Below the pieces are notes generated by a model. That model saw only the letters and a list, made by a program, of their open reading frames with translations, ran no database searches and was not told where the DNA came from. 64,000 bases of DNA from an uncultured delta proteobacterium (lineage in GTDB: Bacteria > Desulfobacterota > Desulfuromonadia > Desulfuromonadales > JACZKF01). Shown piece after piece: positions 1 to 10,678 of the stretch (positions are counted from its first letter, which is position 1; the number at the start of each line of letters is the position of its first letter). A program made the translations under genes and the position numbers. The stretch covers positions 544,001-608,000 of the forward strand of contig CAWFKQ010000016.1 in assembly GCA_963816395.1 (NCBI GenBank), written 5' to 3'.

Positions 1-1230
1 GTGATGGAAGGCAACCCCTTTGCCGTACTCGAAGGCTTGATGATCGGCGCCTATGCCATCGGCGCCAATGAGGGGTATGTTTACGTTCGCCAGGAGTATC
101 CCCTGGCCGTATCCAATCTGGCGGTCGCCATCAAGAAAGCCGAGGAATACGGGCTCCTCGGCAAGAACATCCTGGGTTCCGGGTTCGATTTCACGGTCAA
201 GGTGCATCGGGGAGCGGGGGCGTTCATCTGCGGTGAGGAAACATCGCTGCTCAACTCCCTGGAAGGTAAACCCGGAGAGCCGAATGCGCGACCGCCATTT
301 CCGGCAACGAGAGGGCTTTGGGGGAAACCGACCAATATAAACAACGTCGAAACATGGGCCAATATCCCTCTGATCATCAACAAGGGCGCCGATTTCTTCA
401 GCTCGATCGGTACTGAGGGGAGCAAGGGAACCAAGATCTTTTCGCTCGTCGGCAAGGTGAACAACACCGGCCTGGTCGAGGTGCCCATGGGTGTCTCCAT
501 GCGCGACATCATTTTCAAGATCGGCGGCGGGGTCCCCGGCGGCAAGAAGTTCAAGGCGGTGCAGACGGGTGGCCCGTCGGGAGGCTGTATCCCGGAGAAT
601 CTCCTGGATATCAAGGTCGATTTCGACGAGTTGACCCGGGCCGGCGCCATGATGGGTTCGGGCGGGATGATCGTCATGGACGAGGATACCTGTCTGGTCG
701 ATATCGCCAGGTATTTCCTCGGCTTCCTGAGTGACGAATCGTGCGGCAAATGTACCCCGTGCCGTGAAGGCATCAGGCAGATGCTGAAGATCCTGACCAA
801 TATGACCAGGGGGTTAGGCAAAGAGGGGGATATCGAGCGCTTGCAGGAGTTGGCCGAAGCCACCAAAGGCTCCTCCATGTGCGCGCTGGGCAAAACCGCT
901 CCCAACCCGGTCCTCAGCACCTTAACCTATTTCCGCGAGGAGTATGAGGCGCACATCAATGAGAAGAGATGTCCCTCCCTCTCCTGCAAGGCGCTGATTG
1001 CCTTTCATATCGACGCGGAGAAATGCAAGGGCTGCGGGGCCTGTTTCAGAAAATGTCCCGCGGCAGCGATCGAAGGCGGTAAAAAGCGGATTCACGTCAT
1101 CGACCAGGATAAATGCACCAAGTGCGGGGCTTGTATTGAAGCTTGCCCGAAGGCCTTTGGCGCAGTGAGAAAGATTTCCGGCGAACCCGTGCCGTCTCCT
1201 ATCCCGGAAGAAGCAAGAAGCATAGGATGA
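1..1230 (+). CDS. bamH: NuoF-like NADH-binding flavoprotein with C-terminal 2x[4Fe-4S] domain (BamH-like), 5' partial
   Basis: GAGAFICGEETSL and ESCGKCTPCREG motifs, two CxxCxxCxxxCP motifs; bam context; ORF runs off the window start. Confidence 0.85.
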   Translation: MMEGNPFAVLEGLMIGAYAIGANEGYVYVRQEYPLAVSNLAVAIKKAEEYGLLGKNILGSGFDFTVKVHRGAGAFICGEETSLLNSLEGKPGEPNARPPFPATRGLWGKPTNINNVETWANIPLIINKGADFFSSIGTEGSKGTKIFSLVGKVNNTGLVEVPMGVSMRDIIFKIGGGVPGGKKFKAVQTGGPSGGCIPENLLDIKVDFDELTRAGAMMGSGGMIVMDEDTCLVDIARYFLGFLSDESCGKCTPCREGIRQMLKILTNMTRGLGKEGDIERLQELAEATKGSSMCALGKTAPNPVLSTLTYFREEYEAHINEKRCPSLSCKALIAFHIDAEKCKGCGACFRKCPAAAIEGGKKRIHVIDQDKCTKCGACIEACPKAFGAVRKISGEPVPSPIPEEARSIG

Positions 1231-1276
1231 TGGCTAGCCATCCGCTGAATTATACGAAGGCATCATAGGTGATATC

Positions 1277-1890
1277 ATGAGCGCAATCCACTTGCAGGTT
1301 GATGGAAAGGACGTCGCCGCCAAAGAAGGAATGACTATTCTGGAGGCGGCACGAAGCGTGGGTGTTTCGATACCCACCCTTTGCGACCATAAGAAATTGG
1401 CCCCTTACGGGGCTTGCCGGATCTGTACGGTAGAGGCGGATGCCAATGGCAGGACAAATCTCGTCGCCGCCTGTCAGCACCCGGCGGAAAAAAACCTGGT
1501 GGTCAGGACCAGAACTGAAAAGGTGGACAAGATTCGTAAGGTGCTTTTAGAGCAAATGCTGGCTCACGCACCCGATTCTGAACAGTTGCAGAAACTGGCT
1601 CAGGAATATGGCGCGGACAGGAACCGTTTTGAACAGGAGTCTTCGTTCTGCATCCTCTGTGGTCTGTGCGTGAGATATTGCGCCGAGGTCAAGAAGAAGT
1701 GCGCCGTCAGCTTCTTTGACCGGGGAGCGAAGCGGGAGATCGCCTTCATCCCCGAGATTGCCGCCAAGGAATGCTGGGACTGCAAGGAATGTTTTCCGCT
1801 CTGCCCCACCTCGGCGCTGCAGGCCGCATACGTTTTAACCGAGGCGCTGATTTCGCCGGCGGCTCCGGCGAGCCCGCGGCGGAGGAATAA
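1277..1890 (+). CDS. bamI: NuoG N-terminal-like Fe-S protein (BamI-like); probable 1-bp indel near 1865 extends the called ORF to 2032
   Basis: IPTLC...GACRICTVE, CILCGLCVRYC, CWDCKECFPLCP; alternative frame ends GEPAAEE-TAA at 1890. Confidence 0.8.
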
Positions 1891-1922
1891 GCCCCTGGCG
1901 GCGATGACAGGCCAGCCTTTTT

Positions 1923-2001
1923 ACCGCGGAGGCGCAGAGGGATCAGGGGCCTTAAGCTTCTTTTTGTTCCGGCTTCTCAGCGCCTCAGCACCTCTGCTGT
2001 G
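1923..2001. repeat. Imperfect palindromic intergenic element (ACCGCGGAGGCGCAGAG...CTCAGCGCCTCAGCACCTCTGCTGT)
   Basis: Complementary arms with a roughly 9-bp period around a less GC-rich spacer. Confidence 0.45.
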
Positions 2002-2032
2002 CAGGCACTCAGCTCGAAATTTTCGACAATAA

Positions 2033-3039
2033 GTGGCAAAAAAGGAGAAATGGGGAATGTCCGCTCTTACACTTCGATCGCTCCGTCCCGACGATCTTGC
2101 CCGGATTTCCGAAATCGAAAGCCGGATTGCCGGCCGGCCCCGCAAAGCGTTCTTCGAAAAGCGCCTGGCGGTGGCGACGGCGACTCCCGAAAGTTTCATC
2201 ACCTGTGCGGCTCTCGATGGGGAGAAACTCGTCGGCTACGGTTTTGCCCGGATCCAGGAAGGTGAGTTCGGCGCTACCGGAGCGGCTGCCGTATTGGACG
2301 TCATCGGTGTCGCTCCCGATGCCCGGCGCCAGGGGATCGGTAAAGCGGTGCTCTCCGGTATAGAGCAGAGAATGGAGAAGAAAGGGTATCGATGTCCTGC
2401 GCACGAAAGCTGTCTGGACCGACCACGTGATGACCAGCTTCTTCTCTTCCGCCGGATTCCAGCTGGCACCCAGTCAGGTGATCGAACGCGGGACTTCGCC
2501 CCTGCGCGAGAAAGTCAGCGAGGTGAGTTCGGTCAAGATGGACGGCGTCTGGCGGGTCCACGGGTCCGGCGGTGATGATTACGATACCCTGGCCCGCGAT
2601 CGGTTCCTGGTCCGCTCCCTGCGGGAGGATGATCTGGCCGCCATTGTCCGCATCGACAGCAAACTCACCGGCCGGGAGCGCGCCCCCTACTATCAAACCA
2701 AATTCCAGGAGATGCTGGTCGAAACGGGGATCCGGGTCTCCCTGGTCGCCGAGGATTTCAATGTCGTTGCCGGATTCATCATGGCCCGGCTGGATTACGG
2801 CGAATTCGGCAAGGCCGACCAGGCGGCCGTCATCGATACCATCGGCGTCCATCCGGCCTACACAGGCAGCGGCCTGGGGCGAGCCCTGCTTTCCCAGTTG
2901 CTGGTCAATCTGTCGACCCTGAAGGTCGAGTTCGGTACGGACCCAGGTGTCCTGGCAGAACTTCGGGCTCCAGCAGTTCCTCCATGCAAACGGATTCGCA
3001 CCGTCACAACGGCTGGTCCTGGTCAAAACCCGTAAGTGA
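2033..3039 (+). CDS. Tandem (two-domain) GNAT acetyltransferase, with two apparent frameshifts (~2385, ~2930)
   Basis: Two domains with GEFG...A(V/I)(L/I)D(V/T)IGVxP...G(I/L)GxA; frame repair gives GIDVLRTKAVWTDH and SVRTQVSWQNFGLQQFLHANGFAPSQRLVL..TGA(3039). Confidence 0.75.
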
Positions 3040-3252
3040 GAGCGGGCCGCCCATCATTCGTCCGTGCATGCCACCATGCGTGGGTCCTTCGTTCCGCCCT
3101 TAAGGTTGGGACTTCTTCCCTTGCGGGCCGGTCGGAAATCGGCGTCCAATGCGGATCTGCAAAAAAAGGTAGCGCCGGCACCGATGAAATGCTAACACTG
3201 GACGGAATGAACCAGAGCCGCGCGAACGGGGCAGGAAGGGTGAATTCCGAAG

Positions 3253-4071
3253 ATGACCAGAAGCGTGTCCCAGGACCCCGTTAAGGACGAGGACAAGTAC
3301 AACATCCGGGCGATTGTGAGAGCCATCTCGGTGCTCGAGGTCTTCTCCCGCGAGCGCAGAACGCTCTCCCTCGATGAGCTCACGCAAGCCTCCGGTCTCT
3401 CCAAGCCCACACTCTTCCGCATCCTCTCCACGCTGCAAAGCAAAAAGTACGTCCTCCAGGACAAGAAGGACGGGCGCTACCGGCTCGGCTCGGTTTTCCT
3501 CGCACTTGCCTCCTCGGCGCTCGGCGCCTCGGCACTCGGTTCCCTCAATCTCGGGACGATAACCCGCCCCCACCTCATCGAGTTGCGCAACAGAGCCCAG
3601 GCCACGGTGCTCCTTGGCGCGCTGATGGAGGATCTTCTCGTCTATCTCGAAAAGCAGGAAGGGAAGGGGCCGGTAAGGCTCGCCGCTGACATCGGCTGGC
3701 GCCGCGATCCCCCCAACTACGGCATGCTCGGCATGACCCTTATGGCTCACATTCAACCCGCCGAACAGGAACGTCTTCTGCGGGAGTCCCCCCCGCACGC
3801 CTACACGCGGAAATCCGTGACCGACCTCGGGCTCTTCCGCCAGAAACTGCGCGAGATACGTGACTGCGGCCATGTGGTGGAGTTCGAAGAGGCCATAGAG
3901 GGGGTATGGGGGGTCGCCGCCCCGGTGTGGAACTCCGCCGGCGAAGTGGTCGCCGCCGTCGGCGCGGCATTGCCCATGACGGTGAAAAGCGACGAGCGTA
4001 TCGCCGAGACGATACATCTTGTGAAGTCGTGCGCCAAAGAAATCTCCTCCGACCTCGGCCACCGGGGCTAG
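3253..4071 (+). CDS. IclR-family transcriptional regulator
   Basis: HTH (SLDELTQASGLSKPTLFRILSTL); C-terminal GVWGVAAPV effector-domain motif. Confidence 0.92.
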   Translation: MTRSVSQDPVKDEDKYNIRAIVRAISVLEVFSRERRTLSLDELTQASGLSKPTLFRILSTLQSKKYVLQDKKDGRYRLGSVFLALASSALGASALGSLNLGTITRPHLIELRNRAQATVLLGALMEDLLVYLEKQEGKGPVRLAADIGWRRDPPNYGMLGMTLMAHIQPAEQERLLRESPPHAYTRKSVTDLGLFRQKLREIRDCGHVVEFEEAIEGVWGVAAPVWNSAGEVVAAVGAALPMTVKSDERIAETIHLVKSCAKEISSDLGHRG

Positions 4072-4332
4072 CTCCGCGCCTCTTCCCCGCCACCGGACTG
4101 TTTCCATCCGGAAAGATTCCCTCACCGTAACGCGGCATTCTACGGATTTCCGTGGGGGTAACGATGCACGTCTCCTCGCCCTTGATTTCCCCCCTCCTCC
4201 TTGTTGGAGGACTTCCTGCCGATAAACCTTAAAAACGGCAAAAACCAACAATTCAGCGGATGTGCAAATGCTTTTTCTTGGATAAAAATCAGTCCACCAC
4301 CGCATTAACCTGCGACAGGGAAAAATATTTCC

Positions 4333-4396
4333 TTGACACGAGAGGCGCAGCCGGCTTAAATGGATAGAAATGAAATGTCATTTCATCTCATGAAAT
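4333..4396 (+). promoter_or_regulatory. Sigma70-like promoter followed by two overlapping palindromes (likely operator for the bamB operon)
   Basis: TTGACA at 4333, AT-rich -10 at ~4356-4362; ATGAAATG-T-CATTTCAT (4370-4386) and ATTTCAT-CTC-ATGAAAT (4380-4396). Confidence 0.65.
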
Positions 4397-4657
4397 AATC
4401 GCCGTGAGGCGACGGCCCGCGGCGGGAGAATGCGAGTCGGCGGCGGTTTTGCAGCAAGGGCATTTCGGCATTCCTCTCTCGTCTCTTGCCGGCCCTGGTT
4501 TTTCTTTTGAAGTTAGAGAGATAGCGTCCGCTGTGGCATGCATGGGCCGGAAGGCTGAACCCAATAGTTAGCATTAAGGTACCGAGTTGCCCTTTGTGGT
4601 TGTCGGTGCATCGATGATTGCTGCTGAGCACCGACCCGGGCAAGAGAAGGGGAGAAA

Positions 4658-6656
4658 ATGAGGTATGCAGAGACAGGGTTTGATTTGGAAATCGATCTGA
4701 CCCGAGGGAACATTGAGAGAGTACAAACCGATCCAGAGCTGACCCGGCTTTATCTCGGGGGGCAGGGCGCTGCCGCGGAGATCCTGTGGGAGAGGGTTCC
4801 TCCTGAAGTTGAACCATTTTCCCCCGACAACCTCCTCATCTTCAGCGCCGGTCTGCTGGCGGCCACCCCCGTCCCCGGCGCCAATCGTACTTGTGTCAGC
4901 AGCATCAGTCCCCAGTCCAACCTCTATGTCGATTCCGGATTCGAAGGTTTTTTCGGACCGGAACTGAAACATGCCGGTTACGACAAGATCGTTATTCGCG
5001 GCAAGTCCTCCGGCCTGGTTTATCTGTGGATACACGATGACCAGGTCGAAATACGTGATGCGAGCCATTTGCGGGGGAAAAGCCCGCAGGAAACCGCCGC
5101 GCTCATTCAACGGGAGTTGAAGGATCCCAAACTCCAGGTGGCCGCCATCGGCATCGCCGGTGAAAACAAGGTCTGCCAGGCCAGCATCGAACACGCCAAT
5201 ACCAGCGCCTCGCGCGGTGTGGGCGTGATCATGGGAGATAAAGGGCTGAAGGCGATCGCCGTCCGTGGAACAAAGGACCTTAACATTGCTCAACCTGCTG
5301 AACTCTTTGAGATATGCATCCGCCAGTATCGGGAAATCTACGATAACCCGTCCTGCGGGGATGTTTTTTTGAGTAAAGACGACGATTCCTGGCACGTCAA
5401 TAATCTCGCCGGAAGCATTGCCGGCGCGCGTGAAAAAAATTATTGGATTGAAGAAATTGAAGAAGAGTGGAAGGTGCGTGTTGAAAGCGAGCGTATTACC
5501 ACCCAGTGGGAAAATTACAGCCAGGAATTCGAAGAGATACGCGAGACGGTTATCGATCAAAGCGAGCTCCTTCGAGGGACCGGTTGCTATAACTGCCCGA
5601 AGGAGTGCCATCGGTCGTTTTACCTGCCGGGCGCGCGGAAATATTTCCTGAAAAACTACGGCAAACTCGTCTATGCGATGGCGGCCTACAAGGATCTGAA
5701 ATTCAATTTTGACCTGCTTGCCGCCATGCAGGAGTACGGACTGGACGAAGCCGCAATGCCGCAAGTCCTCGCTTTCGTCCTCGAACTTTACCAAGCCGGC
5801 ATTTTGACCGATCAGGATCTGCCGGAATTTCCGGACGATGGGGTGGGAAGATTTCTCTACCTTCTGGGAAAAGTTGCCCGACGGGAAGGGATTGGCGATG
5901 CGTTGGCCAATGGCCTTTATCTGGCAGCCCGTCAGATTGGCAAGGGCGCCGAAGCATACGATCGTACCGGCAAGAAAGTTGAGCAGCTGCCGCTCAAGCG
6001 GGAAACGGCCAACTACCCTTTCTTCCTTATGCACGCCACCGGGGGAAAGATGGATATCACCCAGATTGAAGGGTCCTTTCCGCAGGTGCCGATTCCCGGC
6101 AAGAACGAGAGAGCGGAGTTTGTAAAAGGGTGGGACGCAGCTCCGGAGAATTTTAAACAGTGGTTCCTGGAATGGGAACCAGGGCAACCGTACGGTATTG
6201 AAGCGGCCGTCAACATCGCCGATTGGAACGAGGCCATGCATTACGCGGATGACGCCCTGGGGGTGTGCCCCCTTCTGTCGTCGTTTCGCGGCCAATTTGG
6301 CGGCCGGCCTCCCTATCATCTGCACAATTTGCCAAAGCTCATCTCCCTGGCGACCGGAATGGACCTGGATTCAGACGGACTCTTGGCAATCGCCCGGAGG
6401 AACCGACAGCTGGTTAGAGCCATTAATGTCAGAAGGGGCCTGAGAAGAATTGATGAGAACCCCTCGGAAGACCTTTGGCCGGACAGGGATCCCGAGATGG
6501 AGCAAAAGTACCTTGACGCGTACTATGAATTCAAAGGCTGGACGCGTGAGGGCATTCCGGCCAGAGAGACCCTGGACAGACTGGGCCTGGATTACGTTAG
6601 CGAGGATCTGCGTAAAGAGGGGGATTCTCACCGGCAGCGAAGAGGTCAAAAAATGA
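4658..6656 (+). CDS. BamB-like W-enzyme paralog 1 (AOR family) lacking the W-ligating Cys; frameshift ~6610
   Basis: MRYAETG start, GCYNCPKEC, ITQIEGSFPQ, EAMHYADDALG; alternative frame ends KRGILTGSEEVKK-TGA overlapping the next ATG (ATGA). Confidence 0.85.
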
Positions 6657-8637
6657 GGTACGCAGAGACCGGGTTAAATCTGGAGATCGATCTCTCCCAG
6701 GGAACCGTTGAGAGGGTAAAAACCGATCCACGGTTGACCGAACTTCACCTGGGGGGACAGGGGACGGCCGCAAAGATACTCTGGGACCGGGTTCCGCCTG
6801 AAGTCGAACCTTTTTCCCCCGACAATCTCCTCATCTTCAGTGCCGGTCTGTTCCATGGCACGCCCGTTCCCGGCGCCAATCGAACCTCTGTCAGCACCTT
6901 TTCTCCCCTGACGAATCTGTATGTCAATTCACTGATGGGAGGCTGGTTCGGGCCGGAACTGAAATATGCCGGTTACGACAAGATCGTCATCCGGGGGGAG
7001 GCTCCCGGGCTGGTGTATCTATGGATCCACAATGACAAGGTCGAAATTCGCGACGCCAGTCATCTGCAGGGAAAAGGCTGCCAGGAAACCGCCAGCGCTT
7101 CTGCAACAGGAATTGAAGGACCCCAGAGTCCAGGTGGCGGCTATCGGGTTGGCCGGTGAAAACCGGGTCTATCAGGCGACCATCGAGCACGCCAACTCCA
7201 GCGCCTCCCGGCATGGAATCGGCGCGGTCATGGGGGCCAAGCGGCTAAAGGCGATCGCTGTTCGCGGCACCCGGGACCTCCATATCGCCCAGCCGGCCGA
7301 GCTCTGGGAACTGTGCAAAAACAAGTACCAGGAGATTCACGAGAACAAAAATTGCGGCGACCCCATGGCGCACGATCATAATGAAAGCTTCCATGTCGAC
7401 AACTTCGCCTGGGGCAATGCGCGGACGCGGAGAAAGGGCTACTGGAACAAGGAGCGTGAAGCGAACTGGGTGGCGAAGTGGAAAGAGGTACGGACCCGGG
7501 ACTCGGGTTGCTACAACTGCCCGAAGGATTGCCACTACTCGATCTCCTATCCCGGCCGCCAAAAATATTTCCTGAAGTGCTTCAACAAGCTTACCTACTG
7601 CATGGCGGCCTATCAGGAAATCGACTTCAATTACAACATCCTCGGCCTGACCAGCGCCTACGGACTGGACGGATTCTCGACCCCGCAAGTTCTCGCCTTT
7701 GCCATCGAGCTCTACGAAGCCGGCATTTTAACCAACGATGATTTGCCGGGTTTCCCCGCCGACGGGGCCGAGAGGTTCTTCTATCTCCTCGAAAAAATCG
7801 TTCGACGGGAAGGGATTGGCGATGTGCTGGCCAATGGCGTTTATCAGGCAGCCCGTCAGATTGGCAAGGGCGCGGAAGAATTCGATCACAATACGACGAA
7901 AAAAGTCGAACAGGTGCCCCTCAAGCTGGGGGTCATAAATTACCCCTTCTTCCTGATGTATTGCACCGGTGAAAAGATGAATATCACCCAGATTGAAGGG
8001 TCTTTCCCCCAGGCGCCCATTGCCGATCCGGCGAGGAGAAAAAAGTTCGTCGAAAACTGGGATGCCGCGCCGGAGAAATTCAAAAAGTGGTTTTTGGAAT
8101 GGGAACCGCGTCAGCATATGCCCATTGAAGCCTCGGTCAACGTTTGTGACTGGAATGAGGCCATGCATTACGTCGATGACGCCATCGGGACCTGCGCCTG
8201 GCTGTCGTCATTCAGGGGGCAGTTTGGCGGGTCGCCCGCCCTACCATCTGTTCAATCTGCCGAAGTTCATATCGCTGGCGACCGGCATGGATCTCGACCC
8301 GGACGGACTTTTGGAAATAGCCCGCAGAAACCGGCAGCTGATTAGAGCCATTAATGTAAGAAGAGGCTTGAGAAGAATTGTTGAGAAGCCGCCGGAAGAT
8401 CACTGGAAGACTCGCGACCCCGAAATGGAACAAAAGCACCTTGACGCCTATTATGCATTCAAGGGTTGGACTAAAGATGGTGTTCCTACCCTGGAGACGT
8501 TGGACAAGCTCGGTTTGGATTACGTCAGCGAAGATTTCTCGAAGAGGGGGATCTGGACGGATCAAGAAAGCCCTCTCCTGCAGGAGGCATTCGACCGGAA
8601 AAGAAGAAGACTAAAGTCAAGGAGGTGGTGTTCGTGA
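6653..8637 (+). CDS. bamB: BamB-like class II aryl-CoA reductase catalytic W subunit, paralog 2; frameshifts ~7095 and ~8230; 3' end uncertain (8614 or 8637)
   Basis: MRYAETG, HVDNFAWGNARTRRK, GCYNCPKDC, LKCFNKLTY, GEKMNITQIEG, PPYHLFN; stitched from three ORFs. Confidence 0.85.
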
Positions 8638-9188
8638 GGAATCGAACGGAGAAGAAAACAGTAAAAGAAATAAACGTCAATCTCGACAAATGCATCGGCT
8701 GCCGAGCCTGCGAACTGGCCTGCTCCGCCTTTCATGCCAAGCCGAAATATAGCAGCATCAACCCGGAAAGGTCCCGGATTCGGGTGGTTATGGACTTGCT
8801 GAACGATGTGTACGTTCCGATACGCGCCGGAGATTATACGCCGGCCGAATGCAGCGGCCGCCATACGTACACGATCAACGGCAAAGAATACTCTCAGTGC
8901 AGCTTCTGCAGCGTTTCCTGTCCGGCCCGTGATCTGTTCAAGGAGCCCGATTCGGGGCTGCCGCTCAAATGCGACATGTGCGGGGACGATCCGACGCTCA
9001 CGGAACCCTTATGCGTCCAGGTATGCCGCTGCGGCGCCTTGACCTACGCCGAGTGGGAAGAAGAGGTCGAAGAAGTGCCAGTCAAGCGGGACGAGATGGA
9101 AACCGGCCTGGAATCGCTGATCAACAGATTTGGCCAGGAGAAGGTGGCTGATGCGTTTGCGCAGATAGCCAAAAACTCGAAACGCTAA
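8634..9188 (+). CDS. bamC: BamC-like [4Fe-4S] subunit
   Basis: CIGCRACELACS, CSFCSVSCP, LPLKCDMC; AGGAGG upstream of GTG 8634; follows bamB. Confidence 0.88.
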   Translation: MRNRTEKKTVKEINVNLDKCIGCRACELACSAFHAKPKYSSINPERSRIRVVMDLLNDVYVPIRAGDYTPAECSGRHTYTINGKEYSQCSFCSVSCPARDLFKEPDSGLPLKCDMCGDDPTLTEPLCVQVCRCGALTYAEWEEEVEEVPVKRDEMETGLESLINRFGQEKVADAFAQIAKNSKR

Positions 9189-9579
9189 ATCCAGAGAACC
9201 GGGAGAGGCATGGAACCGTAGCTCCCCTGAGAAGTTCGAGGGCCTCGCCCAGGAGGGCGGATGTCGGCAGAGCAGGTTTGGCTCCTTGAAGCCAGGCGGG
9301 TGTTCCACGGTGGTGGGTCGTGCGGCAAAGTTTTCGGAGGGTGCCGGGCCGCCACTCGCGCCGTAGCTTCCGAGGCGGTGCCGATGGACCCAGGGGGCCC
9401 CAGTTCCCGCAGCGCCGTTCGCCTCCTGGAAAAAAAGCATTCAAAGTACTTCCCTTCGAAGTAATTTGGTACTATATTACCTGGAATGCCGTTCTATTTT
9501 GATCCGAAATATGCGGCCGGCCTAAGTCCCGAATCCAGAAGCCGCGCGCATCGTGCGGGTGCCTTGCCCCGGGAGAGGT

Positions 9580-10599
9580 ATGGAACACAATTGCTACCAC
9601 AGCGTTTGGCGTTTTGAAAAGGACTCTCTGGCTCACGTCGAACGCCGGGTGGTCGAAGAATACCCCCTGCGCCTGGAGGTCAATGGCCGTGATCTCGCCA
9701 CTCTGATCGCCTCCCCTCACCAGCTTAACTTTCTCGTTGCCGGGTTCCTGCGCCTGCAGGGTTTCATCCAGGGGCTGGACGACCTCCTCAGCCTTGGCGT
9801 CTGCGGCGATTTCGGCATGGCGAGGATACGCATCCGCGGCGAGGTTCCCGAGCGCCTCATTCCTACCCTCACCTCCGGCTGCGGCACCGGTATCGTTTTT
9901 CACCATCCATCCGCCCCCGCGGAGTCGACAGTCCCACCCGATCCTCAACTTCGCTTCACTCCGCAACAGATCTTCGCCCTGATGCGGCAGCTCGCCCAAA
10001 AGGCCGAGAGTTACCGCGCCCACGGGGGTATCCACTCGGCGGCGGTAGGCGATGGCCAGGAGCTGCTGCTCTATGCTGAAGACATCGGCCGTCACAACAC
10101 CCTCGATCGCCTCGCCGGCGAGGCGCTCTTTAAGGATCTCGACCTGCGGGGCAAGCTTCTCGTCACTTCGGGGCGGGTTTCCACAGAGATGGTGGCCAAG
10201 GCTGAGCGGCTGGGTATTGCCCTGATCGCCTCGCGGACCTCGCCCACCAACATGGCGATCCGGATCGCCGATCAGGCCGGCATCGCCCTGGTCGGCTACG
10301 TGCGGGGAGAGACTTTGGAGGTTTACAGCCACGTGAACCTTCTTGCCCCGGTCCACCAGCCCAGACATCCCCCAATCGCTGGAGAGATCCTGATGTCGGC
10401 CGAGCCGCCGCCAAGGGGGCTGAGAAGGCTCATTTACCCGGTAACGATGTTTTACATAACGCGAGTTCAAAAAAAGTGGTTGTGGAGTACGGCTTTCTAT
10501 GATAGCTTCAAAACTGCGAAAAACCCGTCTATTTTACTTGACGTGAGATTCCATAACATTGTTATCATAGAGCCGGCGCTCAGGGCGGCATCGCCGTAA
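9580..10599 (+). CDS. fdhD: FdhD-family Mo/W-cofactor sulfurtransferase (last ~60 aa probably read-through)
   Basis: VVEEYPL, TSGCGTG, GGIHSAA, EDIGRHNTLD, TSGRVSTEMV. Confidence 0.88.
   Translation: MEHNCYHSVWRFEKDSLAHVERRVVEEYPLRLEVNGRDLATLIASPHQLNFLVAGFLRLQGFIQGLDDLLSLGVCGDFGMARIRIRGEVPERLIPTLTSGCGTGIVFHHPSAPAESTVPPDPQLRFTPQQIFALMRQLAQKAESYRAHGGIHSAAVGDGQELLLYAEDIGRHNTLDRLAGEALFKDLDLRGKLLVTSGRVSTEMVAKAERLGIALIASRTSPTNMAIRIADQAGIALVGYVRGETLEVYSHVNLLAPVHQPRHPPIAGEILMSAEPPPRGLRRLIYPVTMFYITRVQKKWLWSTAFYDSFKTAKNPSILLDVRFHNIVIIEPALRAASP
10538..10568 (+). promoter_or_regulatory. Putative promoter with embedded palindrome ATAACA-T-TGTTAT
   Basis: TTGACG at 10538, TATCAT at 10563 (19-bp spacer), palindrome 10553-10565. 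Confidence 0.45.
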
Positions 10600-10678
10600 T
10601 TCTGCCGGCCGGTTTACAGAAGAAGCCTTTCTTCAGGCATGCAGTAATTAACCAGCATTTTCAATTCAGGAGTCCGCC

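Noticed and set aside
4658..7159. 833-aa ORF suggesting a BamB-BamB fusion
   Set aside because: An indel near 6610 explains it; the alternative frame gives the conserved KRGIL C-terminus and an ATGA stop/start overlap
9190..9550. Possible gene remnant or small ORFs after bamC
   Set aside because: No recognisable motif in any frame
10441..10465. ModE-like box (TACATAACG)
   Set aside because: Only one convincing half-site
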